From a virus (lineage: Duplodnaviria > Caudoviricetes): 64,000 bases of DNA. The notes under the pieces were generated by a model, which was not told the origin of the DNA, did no database searches, and saw only the letters and a program-made list of their open reading frames with translations. Where the stretch lies: IMG/VR virus record IMGVR_UViG_3300029288_000086, positions 79,091 through 143,090 of that record; one strand, 5' to 3'. Both the position numbers and the translations under genes were made by a program. How positions within the stretch are numbered: position 1 is the stretch's first letter; each line of letters begins with the position of its first letter. Below, piece by piece: positions 38,010 through 48,074 of this stretch.

Positions 38010-38195
38010 ATGAACAAAAAATTAATCGAAGCTGTAAAATGGATAGCTTACAATGACAACAACAGCGATTTAAACGTTGAATCAATCGAAAACAATATAA
38101 CAGTCGCTATGGTTGCCGATTTATTTAAAAAATCCGAGCATCAAATCGCTGAATTAGTTTTAAAATATCGTATTGAGGATCAACAAAATGGATGA
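38010..38195 (+). CDS. Hypothetical protein
   Basis: GGAG RBS before ATG 38010. Confidence 0.6.
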   Translation: MNKKLIEAVKWIAYNDNNSDLNVESIENNITVAMVADLFKKSEHQIAELVLKYRIEDQQNG

Positions 38196-38388
38196 TACCG
38201 TTTATTATTGTACTAAATGCGAAAGAAAACTGGACAGTAAAAAAATTGTCTGGCTAGAATTGAACAACGAAAACGGACAGTATTATTATCACTTGAAAGA
38301 TAATCATATTCCCGAAAATGAATCTCAAGGTTTATTCCCCTTTGGCAGAGATTGTGCCTATAATATCGGGAATATCTGGAAGAGATAG
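38188..38388 (+). CDS. Zinc-binding hypothetical protein
   Basis: CTKC...SQGLFPFGRDCA. Confidence 0.6.
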   Translation: MDDTVYYCTKCERKLDSKKIVWLELNNENGQYYYHLKDNHIPENESQGLFPFGRDCAYNIGNIWKR

Positions 38389-38744
38389 AACATATTTCCA
38401 ATGAAATCTATCTTTCATGGTGAATAGAACAAAAATTCTAAAACAGGAGTGCTAAAATGCTCGAATACAAATCAACCAATCATGCAAAAATAATTATCTC
38501 TAATCATAATCAAGTATTGCGCAGAATGAAAAAAAATAAAAAATTTCATCATAATCATATTAATAAACTTGACGGATTCCTTTTTATTTTATCTCATAAC
38601 ATAGAAAAATTACTTTATGAAAAATGATTAATTTAAGGTTATGTTCTATAAACTCTTAACTTATGTTCTATCATTAATAATCATATCGTGGTATACTTAA
38701 CTTAATCAAGAAATCAAGCAAACATTCAAACAGGAGAAAATAAA

Positions 38745-39158
38745 ATGACTGACCCAACATGCAAAGATAGAATCAATCAAGAACTAAAAGACCGAATTTC
38801 AGATCTCAAAAAACTTTGGTCATTATATCAAATCGGTGACGAAAACGGCGATCCTGAACTCGGTCAATTCAACGAATATGGCCTATGTTTTGATTATATC
38901 GCCCCTGGCACGTTCAATAATCAACGCAATGGATATTTCAGGTATCAATTATCCTATGGTGGGCCGTCCGATGAATTCCGGTTCTTTGTTGACAATGCCG
39001 GAAAACTCTATAAAATCGAATACTGGTTTTTAGACTGGTATGACGGTTCATGCAAAAAATTGACCGGCTCAAATTATGAACTCATGGAAGAGATTTATAA
39101 CTTCTTTGATGAAATTGGAAGCACTGAAGCCGAATTTAACAAGGCTATGGAAGATTAA
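38745..39158 (+). CDS. Phage hypothetical protein
   Basis: GYFRYQLSYGGPSDEFRF; AGGAG RBS. Confidence 0.7.
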   Translation: MTDPTCKDRINQELKDRISDLKKLWSLYQIGDENGDPELGQFNEYGLCFDYIAPGTFNNQRNGYFRYQLSYGGPSDEFRFFVDNAGKLYKIEYWFLDWYDGSCKKLTGSNYELMEEIYNFFDEIGSTEAEFNKAMED

Positions 39159-39247
39159 TTTTATCCTGACCATATAACCGGATTACATAACACTTAACAT
39201 AATCCGGTTATAAAATGAGTGTAAAATTAAACAATGGAGGCTTAACA

Positions 39248-39436
39248 ATGGCATACAAACGATTAACACAAGATGAGTACACGGTTCAGGGCAATTATGG
39301 TCAAGGCTGGGAAGACGTAACAGCCGAACCGACACGCAAAGAATGCAAAGAACGGTTAAAAGAATACCGCGAGAATGAACCAATGTACCCTCATAGAATG
39401 ATTGTCCGCCGTGTTAGAATCTTACAGGTGACTTAA
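39248..39436 (+). CDS. Hypothetical protein
   Basis: VQGNYGQGWEDV; GGAGG RBS. Confidence 0.6.
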   Translation: MAYKRLTQDEYTVQGNYGQGWEDVTAEPTRKECKERLKEYRENEPMYPHRMIVRRVRILQVT

Positions 39437-39529
39437 CATGCCGGTTATAATCTTCGGGTTCGCTCTCTTTATTATATTGTTGGCGTTTTGCGGATTGTAT
39501 AAACTCATAACAGGAAAGGATTTGAAATA

Positions 39530-39742
39530 ATGAAAAACACTATTGAAACTTTAATACACATTGACAAATTAGATGATGGTAGGTATCATTTAACTATGTC
39601 GTGGATGAGTGTACAGGGTTTTGCAATTATGCAACGCAAGGCAGATTTTAAAACCATTGCTGAGAGTACCGGATGGATCGAATCAACACAAAAAGAATTT
39701 GAAAATATCCTGGCTGAAGAACAGGAACAAGAACAGGAATAA
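39530..39742 (+). CDS. Hypothetical protein
   Basis: AAAGGA RBS. Confidence 0.55.
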   Translation: MKNTIETLIHIDKLDDGRYHLTMSWMSVQGFAIMQRKADFKTIAESTGWIESTQKEFENILAEEQEQEQE

Positions 39743-40015
39743 ACCGCTTAACAGCCGGTCAAATATCAATCAGACAATGAAAGGATAAACTAAAATGTGG
39801 ATAACAGCATACAATCATAAAAATGGTGGACGGTTCGTGTCTCAACAAAATTATAACCTCTTATCTTTTCTTTTCTATGCTTTAAGATATGGTTATAGGT
39901 CTTTTCATTTTAGCATAAATTTTGTGAAAGCAGATCAATTTAAAAGATAGAACATCCTTCCCATGAAATAACCTTTTCATTGTGGCAAGTTTACTTAACA
40001 GAAAGGATTAAACAG

Positions 40016-40237
40016 ATGACAAATTATTGGAGCTGTAATTTTGAAAAAGCAAAAACCGACCATTATATTATTTCTGAAAAACGAAACGATTTTTTAGGAA
40101 TTGTAGAAAGCTATACAATTTGTGGCAAAACAATATTTGTCAGTCTAGATGTTCTTTCTCAACACTCAACAAATCGTAAACATTGTAAAAAATGCGAATT
40201 ATTATTAAAGAATAAAAACTTAATAGGATCAATCTAA
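40016..40237 (+). CDS. Hypothetical protein (H/C zinc-binding pattern)
   Basis: AAAGGA RBS after a palindrome. Confidence 0.55.
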   Translation: MTNYWSCNFEKAKTDHYIISEKRNDFLGIVESYTICGKTIFVSLDVLSQHSTNRKHCKKCELLLKNKNLIGSI

Positions 40238-40422
40238 TGGACGAATTATTAATAATCCGTTTTCAGGATCACATGGCAGACCTAAAACTTCCTAATTGTC
40301 TTATTAACTACTGGATGGGTAGACTCTACGAAGGGACGCTAACAGAATTACGACTAAAATTTTTATTATATTCTGATACTGATGATTTTCAAAGGGACTA
40401 TGATTTTTCAATCAATTATTAA
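40237..40422 (+). CDS. Hypothetical protein
   Basis: Coupled to the previous stop. Confidence 0.5.
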   Translation: MDELLIIRFQDHMADLKLPNCLINYWMGRLYEGTLTELRLKFLLYSDTDDFQRDYDFSINY

Positions 40423-40736
40423 AACCTTAAAAGACTCAAATCTTTTAAGGTTTTGTTCTATTTTGTTCTATTGTATTTTTGAAATTATCGGTTATAATTG
40501 AATTAAGAAATTAACCAACAAAGGAGACCAAATTATGTGGCAGACAAAATACTTCAAAACATACGAACAGGCACAAAGTTGGATAACAAAAAATTATCAT
40601 AAATACCAGATGGAACTAATTTTCATCAATCAAAAAACTGAAAAATCCGCTGGCTATTTTGAAGGTTGCGAAGGTGGTCATAATGGATGGCATAATGCAG
40701 AAATTCAATCCTAACAGGAATAGGAGAATAAATACC

Positions 40737-41096
40737 ATGAATAAAAAATATACCGAACGCAAAGCTCGATTATTCCCAAACGGCAAACCCCGTTACATCC
40801 GATGCTATGATAACGGCGGGGAAACCGCAGACCGCTATACTGTATGTTTTACCGGTCATTATACCCAAAATACAGCCGGTATGCATTGGAATCTAGCCAT
40901 GAACGCTAGTCCGTTTCATCCGCAAGGTATCGGTATGCATTGCGATAGTAACATGCCAATTGACCGACCTACATACGGGCATCTTGGCAAGAAAATAAGT
41001 TTCGATCAACTACCTGAAGATTGTCAAAAACTAGTATTACAAAATTATGTTTATCTCTGGTCTATAACAGACCATCCATTATATTCAGAGTCTTAA
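40737..41096 (+). CDS. Phage hypothetical protein
   Basis: RCYDNGGETADRYTV...HPQGIG...HLGKKI; AGGAG RBS. Confidence 0.7.
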   Translation: MNKKYTERKARLFPNGKPRYIRCYDNGGETADRYTVCFTGHYTQNTAGMHWNLAMNASPFHPQGIGMHCDSNMPIDRPTYGHLGKKISFDQLPEDCQKLVLQNYVYLWSITDHPLYSES

Positions 41097-41134
41097 CAGC
41101 ATAACCAATTCAGATACCGAAAGGATAAAATAAC

Positions 41135-41740
41135 ATGACAGCAAAACAGAAATTTGACATTAAAATAAAATGGGAAGATGACGATAACCCTGATTTATCA
41201 TGGTTGGGAACTTACAAGGGGGATAAGCCCAAAACCGCATACGTTGATCGAAAAAATAATTTATTGGTAGTGCCCGACCGCAGATTAATGAAAACTTTTG
41301 GTACGTATGAACAAGCCGATAATTTTAATCAAGAACTGGAAGACTTAAATATTCGTACTGATTTCTGGCAGGAAGAAAACGAGAACGGGAAATTTGATGT
41401 AAAATATGTATTCTATAAAGAATTACCTTTCTCATGCCGGTTTGGACGTAACGATTACCAATATATCGAATCTTGGAACTATCCGAAACCTACTGATGAA
41501 GAACTGGAGTACATCATACAAGATACACGGTTATTAGAATCTTGTGGTGATAGCTGGTATATGCGCGGATGTATTGTAACAGCGTCATTAAATGGCGTTG
41601 AACTAGGATCAGACTCTATATTGGGGCTAAACTCCATGATGACCGAAGAAGAAAGCCAACAAGTTATTGATGAACTGACAGAAAATGCCATAACAGAAGC
41701 CAGAAATCAGTTGAAACTGTTACAATATGCAAAGGTGTAA
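41135..41740 (+). CDS. Hypothetical protein
   Basis: 201 aa; RBS. Confidence 0.7.
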   Translation: MTAKQKFDIKIKWEDDDNPDLSWLGTYKGDKPKTAYVDRKNNLLVVPDRRLMKTFGTYEQADNFNQELEDLNIRTDFWQEENENGKFDVKYVFYKELPFSCRFGRNDYQYIESWNYPKPTDEELEYIIQDTRLLESCGDSWYMRGCIVTASLNGVELGSDSILGLNSMMTEEESQQVIDELTENAITEARNQLKLLQYAKV

Positions 41741-41964
41741 CTATGAGACTTAACAGCCGTATCCGTGGCTTTTTACTACAACTAATCAAACCATCTGGCA
41801 ATATAAAAGAAATACAAAAAGCTGAACGCGCCTTGAAAATCATTGAACGTGGCAGGATTTTTGAATCAGAATTAATCTGGCTGTCAATGATAGGCTATAA
41901 ACCTCAATAACCCTTGACAATACTCTTAACAGTAGGCTATAATTAGATTACGAAAGGATAACAG

Positions 41965-42219
41965 ATGACATTATATCAATGGCTACAAAGCCAAAACATA
42001 AAACCTCAATCACTGACCGGCAAAAAGATTAACCTATTAAAATATATCGAAGGTTCAAAACGTCCTCAACAAACCGGTTATAACTATGAAAATATGGGTA
42101 AAGTCAAAGCTATTGATAAATGGAAAATCACTTTTGAAAATGGTGGATCGTGGTATGCCGGTGAACAAATAGGAACTGATTACACCGCCAACTCGTGGAA
42201 AATTGAAGTATTAGGATAA
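41965..42219 (+). CDS. Hypothetical protein
   Basis: Promoter TTGACA-18-TATAAT at 41914-41943; RBS. Confidence 0.6.
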   Translation: MTLYQWLQSQNIKPQSLTGKKINLLKYIEGSKRPQQTGYNYENMGKVKAIDKWKITFENGGSWYAGEQIGTDYTANSWKIEVLG

Positions 42220-42237
42220 TAAGAGGAGATTGATAAA

Positions 42238-42432
42238 ATGAATAAAATTATAGCCAGAAAGTTAAGAAGTAGTAATACAAATAAGCTAGCAAATAATGTG
42301 TTTATTTCCAAAGAAGACGGAACACTGGAGCGATTCGAATGGAATAAATACTACCATGTTTATAATTCTTCAGATAATTATCATCAATTAACATCTGATG
42401 AATTAAAAAATATTGATTGGGATTGGGAATAG
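42238..42432 (+). CDS. Hypothetical protein
   Basis: GAGGAG RBS. Confidence 0.55.
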   Translation: MNKIIARKLRSSNTNKLANNVFISKEDGTLERFEWNKYYHVYNSSDNYHQLTSDELKNIDWDWE

Positions 42433-42444
42433 AACAATTGTTCC
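42431..42444. promoter_or_regulatory. LexA (SOS) box, Gram-positive type
   Basis: AGAAC-AATT-GTTCC abutting a palindrome copy. Confidence 0.55.
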
Positions 42445-42502
42445 ATGAAATAATCCTTTTATGGGGTAATTTTCAATCGGATTTAATAACAGGAGGATAA
42501 AA

Positions 42503-42724
42503 ATGGATACTGAATATTTTACTTTCAAAGATGGCATTATAACAGTCAAGATTAGTTCTAATGTATCAGATAGAACGTTAACAGAAATAAATAACATAAT
42601 TGATACTTTCAACAAAATCTTGCCTGGAAATTGTCAAGTTGTATTACAAGGTAATAATCTATATTTTTCTGATCAAGTTGATTATTATCTTATTGATGAA
42701 AATTTTGATACAACTATTTACTAG
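42503..42724 (+). CDS. Hypothetical protein
   Basis: GGAGG RBS. Confidence 0.55.
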   Translation: MDTEYFTFKDGIITVKISSNVSDRTLTEINNIIDTFNKILPGNCQVVLQGNNLYFSDQVDYYLIDENFDTTIY

Positions 42725-42735
42725 GAGGTATAATC

Positions 42736-42978
42736 ATGTGGCATACTAATAACAGCATACCTGAACTCGGTCAAAAAATAAAATACAAAGATCAAAATGG
42801 TATGACCCATGTAGGGATATTCCATGCAGATACCGATTACTGGCTAGTGCATGACCTTGTGGGCGGTATTATTACCCCTTGGCATAATGTAATTGAATGG
42901 CAGGGCTTTGAACCGGCTTTAACGGATGTCTGGTACTTTAATTTTCTGTTGGCTGAAATTGAATCCGAACTAGCATAA
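42736..42978 (+). CDS. Hypothetical protein
   Basis: GGAGGT RBS. Confidence 0.6.
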   Translation: MWHTNNSIPELGQKIKYKDQNGMTHVGIFHADTDYWLVHDLVGGIITPWHNVIEWQGFEPALTDVWYFNFLLAEIESELA

Positions 42979-42979
42979 T

Positions 42980-42993
42980 AGAACATCTGTTCC
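42980..42993. promoter_or_regulatory. LexA (SOS) box, Gram-positive type
   Basis: AGAAC-ATCT-GTTCC abutting a palindrome copy. Confidence 0.55.
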
Positions 42994-43052
42994 ATGAAAG
43001 AGTGGTTTCATGGTGTATGACAAAAACTATCTAATTTGAAAGGATTAAAATT

Positions 43053-43268
43053 ATGTATGATAATTATGAGAGATATACTAGTAAGAATTTATTTAGTGAT
43101 AAAACAATTGGATTTTTAGCCTTTGTGACTGACTGGAATCAATTCGCTATTGGAATAAAAATCTATAAACATAAAAAATATTCCAGTTATAAAACTTCTT
43201 TTCGTTTATCTTTTGCTTTTTGGTATATTGAATTTAGTACTAGAAATCTTGAAAATTTACCGAGATAA
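43053..43268 (+). CDS. Hypothetical protein
   Basis: AAAGGA RBS. Confidence 0.55.
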   Translation: MYDNYERYTSKNLFSDKTIGFLAFVTDWNQFAIGIKIYKHKKYSSYKTSFRLSFAFWYIEFSTRNLENLPR

Positions 43269-43639
43269 CCAAACACCTCACCACATACCCCATTTAACCC
43301 TATCAGGAACCTCTAGGAACGATTTATACAACAAATTGGACAAATATACACTATAACCATTTAAATCGTTTGTAGGGCTTCCTGTGGGATAAAATTTGTG
43401 GTGATATAAGGTTGAACATTAGAAAACTTAAATTAATTGAAAAGTACTTGACTTTTGCGAAAACCGACTATATAATATTATTATGAAATGAAATAAGGCG
43501 CTCGAATAAAATATCGGATATAAAGAATCACTAAAATAAAAACGCCCAATAAATATAAATCGAGATTTTTAGTAGGAGCGTGACCTACACCGAAGCGCCG
43601 AAATTTCAAATTAAAAATAATTTGTGAAAGGTTTTTATA

Positions 43640-43831
43640 ATGTTTGAGATAATCGAAAAACTAAAGTCTGGCGCTTGTAAAGGATCAACAGTTAGTGGTA
43701 CTGATAACGTAATCAAAAAACTGTCTTCTTTAAAGCATGAGGCAATTGTCAAGCAAAATGGGAAAATCGTTGGCAGGTGCTGGAAAAAAGATAACGGACA
43801 TTGGAATTATTATTTAGATCAAACGGTGTAA
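43640..43831 (+). CDS. Hypothetical protein
   Basis: RBS; downstream of the promoter at 43448. Confidence 0.55.
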   Translation: MFEIIEKLKSGACKGSTVSGTDNVIKKLSSLKHEAIVKQNGKIVGRCWKKDNGHWNYYLDQTV

Positions 43832-43868
43832 CACAAAACAAAAAATAGTTTACGAAAGGAAAATAAAA

Positions 43869-44138
43869 ATGAGTACAACCTTTAAAAGAATAACTGGAAA
43901 ATTTGAAGATTACAGTAACCGCCCTACCAATTTTGAAAGTGGAAAATTTCCAACACCAGAATATAAAGATAACGAATTATCTTTGACTTCTTTTGCTGGT
44001 GGCAAGGAAAGAGGCCGGTGCTTGCAAGTAACGTTGCATGATAGTATTGGCTATGCCCAATTTACTAAAGATCAAGCAACAGAACTTCGTGACGCTTTAA
44101 ACTCATGGCTGAATGGCGAAGAATTGACAGACGTATAA
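43869..44138 (+). CDS. Hypothetical protein
   Basis: LTSFAGGKERGRCLQVT; RBS. Confidence 0.65.
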   Translation: MSTTFKRITGKFEDYSNRPTNFESGKFPTPEYKDNELSLTSFAGGKERGRCLQVTLHDSIGYAQFTKDQATELRDALNSWLNGEELTDV

Positions 44139-44191
44139 ATTCCCATGAAATGTCAATTTCATTAGCCTTAACAGAAAAGGAGAATTAGATC

Positions 44192-44503
44192 ATGAGATGG
44201 AATAAAATTGATTGGGACGCTATAAGCAATTTTAACGATGAACATGATGAAAATGAGGATATTGATTGGGGTAAAATCGTTCCCGCATTATTCCTAAGTA
44301 GTGGACTTCCCACTAACGATAAAGCAATTTATCTTCTCCGTGAAAAAATGGATAGTGGCGATTATCATTATTGGATTGGTATGTATGAACCTGATTTTTC
44401 TATGCCATATTTTTACGATCCAGAAATGGTAAACGATTCTGAAATTACTGATAACTACTTTTATCCTGAAGCATGGGTTGAAATAACAAACGAGGATATA
44501 TAA
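44192..44503 (+). CDS. Acidic hypothetical protein
   Basis: AAGGAG RBS. Confidence 0.65.
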   Translation: MRWNKIDWDAISNFNDEHDENEDIDWGKIVPALFLSSGLPTNDKAIYLLREKMDSGDYHYWIGMYEPDFSMPYFYDPEMVNDSEITDNYFYPEAWVEITNEDI

Positions 44504-44670
44504 ATGGAAGAACTAATTAAAAAACTTGAATATGCTAAAAAAGCAGTATTATCTACACTTGGGAATGCTGATTGTTCCGTTGATTTTCACGGACTTACTT
44601 ATTGGGCTTCAGAAGTTGAACGACTACGCACTGAAATTAAAAAGATGCTATAACAGAACCGGAGGCTTAC

Positions 44671-44925
44671 ATGACTAGGGTTCAAAAACAGCGTATACAT
44701 GCAACACGAAGGGCTAAACAACGTTACGGGCTAGAACTAGATAAGTCTGACATAGATAAAATCATAAATCTTATTCAGAACCGTGGAGCCGTTGAGACAA
44801 AGAAATTAACCAACGCTAGAACCTTACACGTTATACAGTACAAAGAGCAAGAACTGAAAGTTATTTATGACAAAAAGAGACACAATGTTTGTACTTTCAT
44901 GCCTATTGAATGGGCTGGAGCTTAA
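44671..44925 (+). CDS. Basic hypothetical protein (RelE/DUF4258-like pattern)
   Basis: HATRRAKQRYG...VIYD...VCTF. Confidence 0.5.
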   Translation: MTRVQKQRIHATRRAKQRYGLELDKSDIDKIINLIQNRGAVETKKLTNARTLHVIQYKEQELKVIYDKKRHNVCTFMPIEWAGA

Positions 44926-44945
44926 TAACAGGAATGGAGGATTGA

Positions 44946-45131
44946 ATGACCTATCAAATTTTTTATATCAGTTTTGGCCGTACTTGCCCTTTGTCAGAGC
45001 TAGAACCTGAAAAATTTGGCATTGAATTTAAATCACCAGAAGAAGCGTCGGAATGTTTTCACGCATGGGTTGACGCTGGGTTCGTGAATTACCCAAAAGC
45101 GACTTTCATAATTTTGCCAGTAATCAAATAA
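44946..45131 (+). CDS. Hypothetical protein
   Basis: GGAGG RBS. Confidence 0.5.
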   Translation: MTYQIFYISFGRTCPLSELEPEKFGIEFKSPEEASECFHAWVDAGFVNYPKATFIILPVIK

Positions 45132-45316
45132 CAGGAAGGATAAACCGATGTCTGAAGAAAAAAAACAAGAATATATTCGATGGTATTATCAAAAAGTCCT
45201 TGATGATTTGGGACTAAAAGAATCAGAATTAACACCCTACCAAAAACAAGCACTATACGAAAATCTCGAATTATTTATGATGGAGTTCATTAAATAAAAA
45301 TAGAAAGGAGAATATA

Positions 45317-45556
45317 ATGTTTGAACACGGATCAAATAGTTGGAATGGAATTAAGGTTCGTAAGAACGGTGTAGAAGGCGTGGTAGTAAAGGATTGGAAT
45401 GCCTATCGCCGTATTCTAACCGTTGATATGGAAAACGGAATTGAGGAAACAATTACAATGAACAATATGGGTAGAGACCCTGAATCAGTACACGATTGGG
45501 AATGGCTGGATGACAGAGGATCAAGTAAAGAACATCCAGAATGGTATAGATTTTAA
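45317..45556 (+). CDS. Hypothetical protein
   Basis: AAGGAG RBS. Confidence 0.6.
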   Translation: MFEHGSNSWNGIKVRKNGVEGVVVKDWNAYRRILTVDMENGIEETITMNNMGRDPESVHDWEWLDDRGSSKEHPEWYRF

Positions 45557-45645
45557 TCTCCATGAAACTTTTCTTTCATGTAAAATTGGTGCTTGACATT
45601 GCTTAACAGAAGTGCTACTATGAATACCGAGAGGAGACAAAACTT

Positions 45646-45870
45646 ATGAATAACAAAACCGAACAAGAACAATTTCTCAAAGATTTAACCCAAAACATTT
45701 TGGACGATATTCTTGGTCACTTATCAGATGGTGATATTCCCGAAAATTGGGATGGTATTGAACTCCGGTGGTTGTTGGCTGAAAAGTTTACTGACTCTGC
45801 TAGTCTTTGCGACAAGGCAACAAAACGCCGAAAAGATTATAAAAATTGGATGTTGGTCAATAACCTATAA
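45646..45870 (+). CDS. Hypothetical protein
   Basis: Own promoter at 45593; flanked by two palindromes. Confidence 0.65.
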   Translation: MNNKTEQEQFLKDLTQNILDDILGHLSDGDIPENWDGIELRWLLAEKFTDSASLCDKATKRRKDYKNWMLVNNL

Positions 45871-45936
45871 CAGCCAATAAAAGAACGATTTCATGGTACT
45901 TAACAGACAATTATATACAGATAAAAGGAGAAAATA

Positions 45937-46560
45937 ATGCACACACACGCAGAAATTTACTTAGAAAGCAAAGAAAATTGGCAAGAACAGGTTGAAGAAA
46001 TTTTACAACCTTACGATGAAAACCTAGAAGTTCAAGAAGAAAAAGATGATGACGGTAATCTTTATTGGTGTAATCCTAACGGAATTTTTGATTGGTATGA
46101 AATTGGTGGTAGATGGACTGGATCACACGGTAATTATAATCCAGAAGAAGATATTAGAAATTATGAGAAGTGTAGACTATGTGGTGGCACAGGATTACGC
46201 AATGATGAAATTGGGTTAAAACACAGACAAGAAAATCCTGATTACAAATGTAACGAATGCTATCACTATAACAGAGATACCGGAGTGGATGAACCAGGAT
46301 TCTTTGGTGCCGGAATGGCTTTGAAATGGCCTACGGACTGGTTCAATCATGAAAGTAACATTATTCCGGTTGAAGAAATTGACGAAAAATTAGATTGTGG
46401 CACTATCTTTTTCAATGGTGATTATTGGGAAAATGAAGAATGGGATTCTGACAATAAAGAATTCAAACCAAACAAAGATTTTAACGGAAACGTGAAAGAA
46501 TTTTTGACTAAAAACGGCATTACTACCGGCTTTTTGGTAACAGTTGATTATCACTGGTAG
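45937..46560 (+). CDS. Hypothetical protein with DnaJ-type zinc-finger insert
   Basis: NPNGIFDWYEIGGRW; CRLCGGTG...CNEC; VDYH C-terminus; flanked by palindromes. Confidence 0.7.
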   Translation: MHTHAEIYLESKENWQEQVEEILQPYDENLEVQEEKDDDGNLYWCNPNGIFDWYEIGGRWTGSHGNYNPEEDIRNYEKCRLCGGTGLRNDEIGLKHRQENPDYKCNECYHYNRDTGVDEPGFFGAGMALKWPTDWFNHESNIIPVEEIDEKLDCGTIFFNGDYWENEEWDSDNKEFKPNKDFNGNVKEFLTKNGITTGFLVTVDYHW

Positions 46561-46629
46561 TACCACAATAAAACATCTATTTCATGGTGCTTAACAGATA
46601 ATCATATTTGGACACGAAAGGATAATATA

Positions 46630-47295
46630 ATGAATAAAACAGAAGAAATTTTAAAAAGAGATTCTATTCAGGAAACTGAAAACTTATTAGGCAAAGATTA
46701 CCATGATTTCAATGGCTCTGAAAATGCCTTGATGATGCTTAGTTTTATGGTAGACAATCAAGTAAAAGAAAATCATCTTAAATCAATTGGTGATACATGG
46801 TTTAATATGCCTTGGAGTGAATTCAAGAAAAAATTAGAAGACTATGGTTTTGTTCTTGGTTTGCAATATGATATTAAACATGACGATCAAATAGATGAAG
46901 TCGTCATTTATTACCATAAAGAAAAAGGATTGGTAATTTTCGCTGATAGTTATTTTAACAAAAAAGACGTAAATGGTGGTGAATTATACGGTGAAATTCG
47001 TGCGAATAGTGAACAAGACAAACAAGATATCTGGCTGAACTTGTCTAGTGGTGGCATGAGTCATTATGATAATATGGTTTTTGAAACTAGCCATGATGTA
47101 AGAGAAGGCTTATTCTTTAAATTATCTAAATTAGAAACGTCCGGTAAATTTTTATCTCAATGGTTAAACAAAGACCGATTCTTGTATTTTGTTGATTACG
47201 TTGAAAATAAAGTTGAAGGTTATGATTATAAAAAACTTACTCGTGAAAAGATATTGAAATGCCCAAAAAAATTACAAGAAATTGTAGGGTTATAA
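46630..47295 (+). CDS. Hypothetical protein
   Basis: 221 aa; flanked by palindromes. Confidence 0.7.
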   Translation: MNKTEEILKRDSIQETENLLGKDYHDFNGSENALMMLSFMVDNQVKENHLKSIGDTWFNMPWSEFKKKLEDYGFVLGLQYDIKHDDQIDEVVIYYHKEKGLVIFADSYFNKKDVNGGELYGEIRANSEQDKQDIWLNLSSGGMSHYDNMVFETSHDVREGLFFKLSKLETSGKFLSQWLNKDRFLYFVDYVENKVEGYDYKKLTREKILKCPKKLQEIVGL

Positions 47296-47346
47296 CTACC
47301 CCATGAAATTTCCATTTCATTAGACTTAACAGAAAGGATATAACAG

Positions 47347-47718
47347 ATGAGCGACTTCCCAAAAATAAAAATTCAAAACTCAGATAACCATTATGATGAT
47401 CAATTTGAGAAAAGACCTTGCCAAAAAGTTAAACTAATAAGTTATAAAAGAAAAGATTGTGACAAATGGCATCGTCTAAATGGATTGATCTCTAACGTTT
47501 TGCATGAACGGTTTACTGTAATTTCTGCAACCGAGGGTGTTTATTGGAGCGAAGAACTGCACAGATATACCTCAAAACATCCAGAGAATGATAAAATGGT
47601 TCTCTATGCGGAATCGGCTAATAATAAATTCACGCAGGAAGACAAAATATATTTACAAGCAATACGCGATATTGTATCACAATCAATGGAGCCATTTTTC
47701 AATGCGCTATACAAATAA
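47347..47718 (+). CDS. Hypothetical protein
   Basis: RBS; flanked by palindromes. Confidence 0.65.
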   Translation: MSDFPKIKIQNSDNHYDDQFEKRPCQKVKLISYKRKDCDKWHRLNGLISNVLHERFTVISATEGVYWSEELHRYTSKHPENDKMVLYAESANNKFTQEDKIYLQAIRDIVSQSMEPFFNALYK

Positions 47719-47769
47719 CACCATGAAACAAGAATTTTATTCGGTTACTTAACAGAATAGGAGATATAA

Positions 47770-48030
47770 ATGAAAACTTACGAACCAGATTATAAAACGT
47801 TGAACCATCCAACCATAACAAAACTTGCTTTCCAAAAGTGTTGTGATTTAGGTTTAACAGAATTTGAAAAATGGGTTTTATTCGACTTTGATTATAGTGA
47901 ATGGTTCGATCAATTAGAATTCATTATGAGTGCGACAAAGGAACAACTCCAAGAACGTGTAATTTGGGAAGAAATTACTGACGAAAAAGGCAATCCTGTA
48001 ACAGCCGAATCGTGGGAATTGACCGCATGA
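47770..48030 (+). CDS. Hypothetical protein
   Basis: RBS; stop codon inside a palindrome arm. Confidence 0.6.
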   Translation: MKTYEPDYKTLNHPTITKLAFQKCCDLGLTEFEKWVLFDFDYSEWFDQLEFIMSATKEQLQERVIWEEITDEKGNPVTAESWELTA

Positions 48031-48074
48031 AAACTAAGATTTCATGGACATATATAACAGAAAGGACAATTTGA

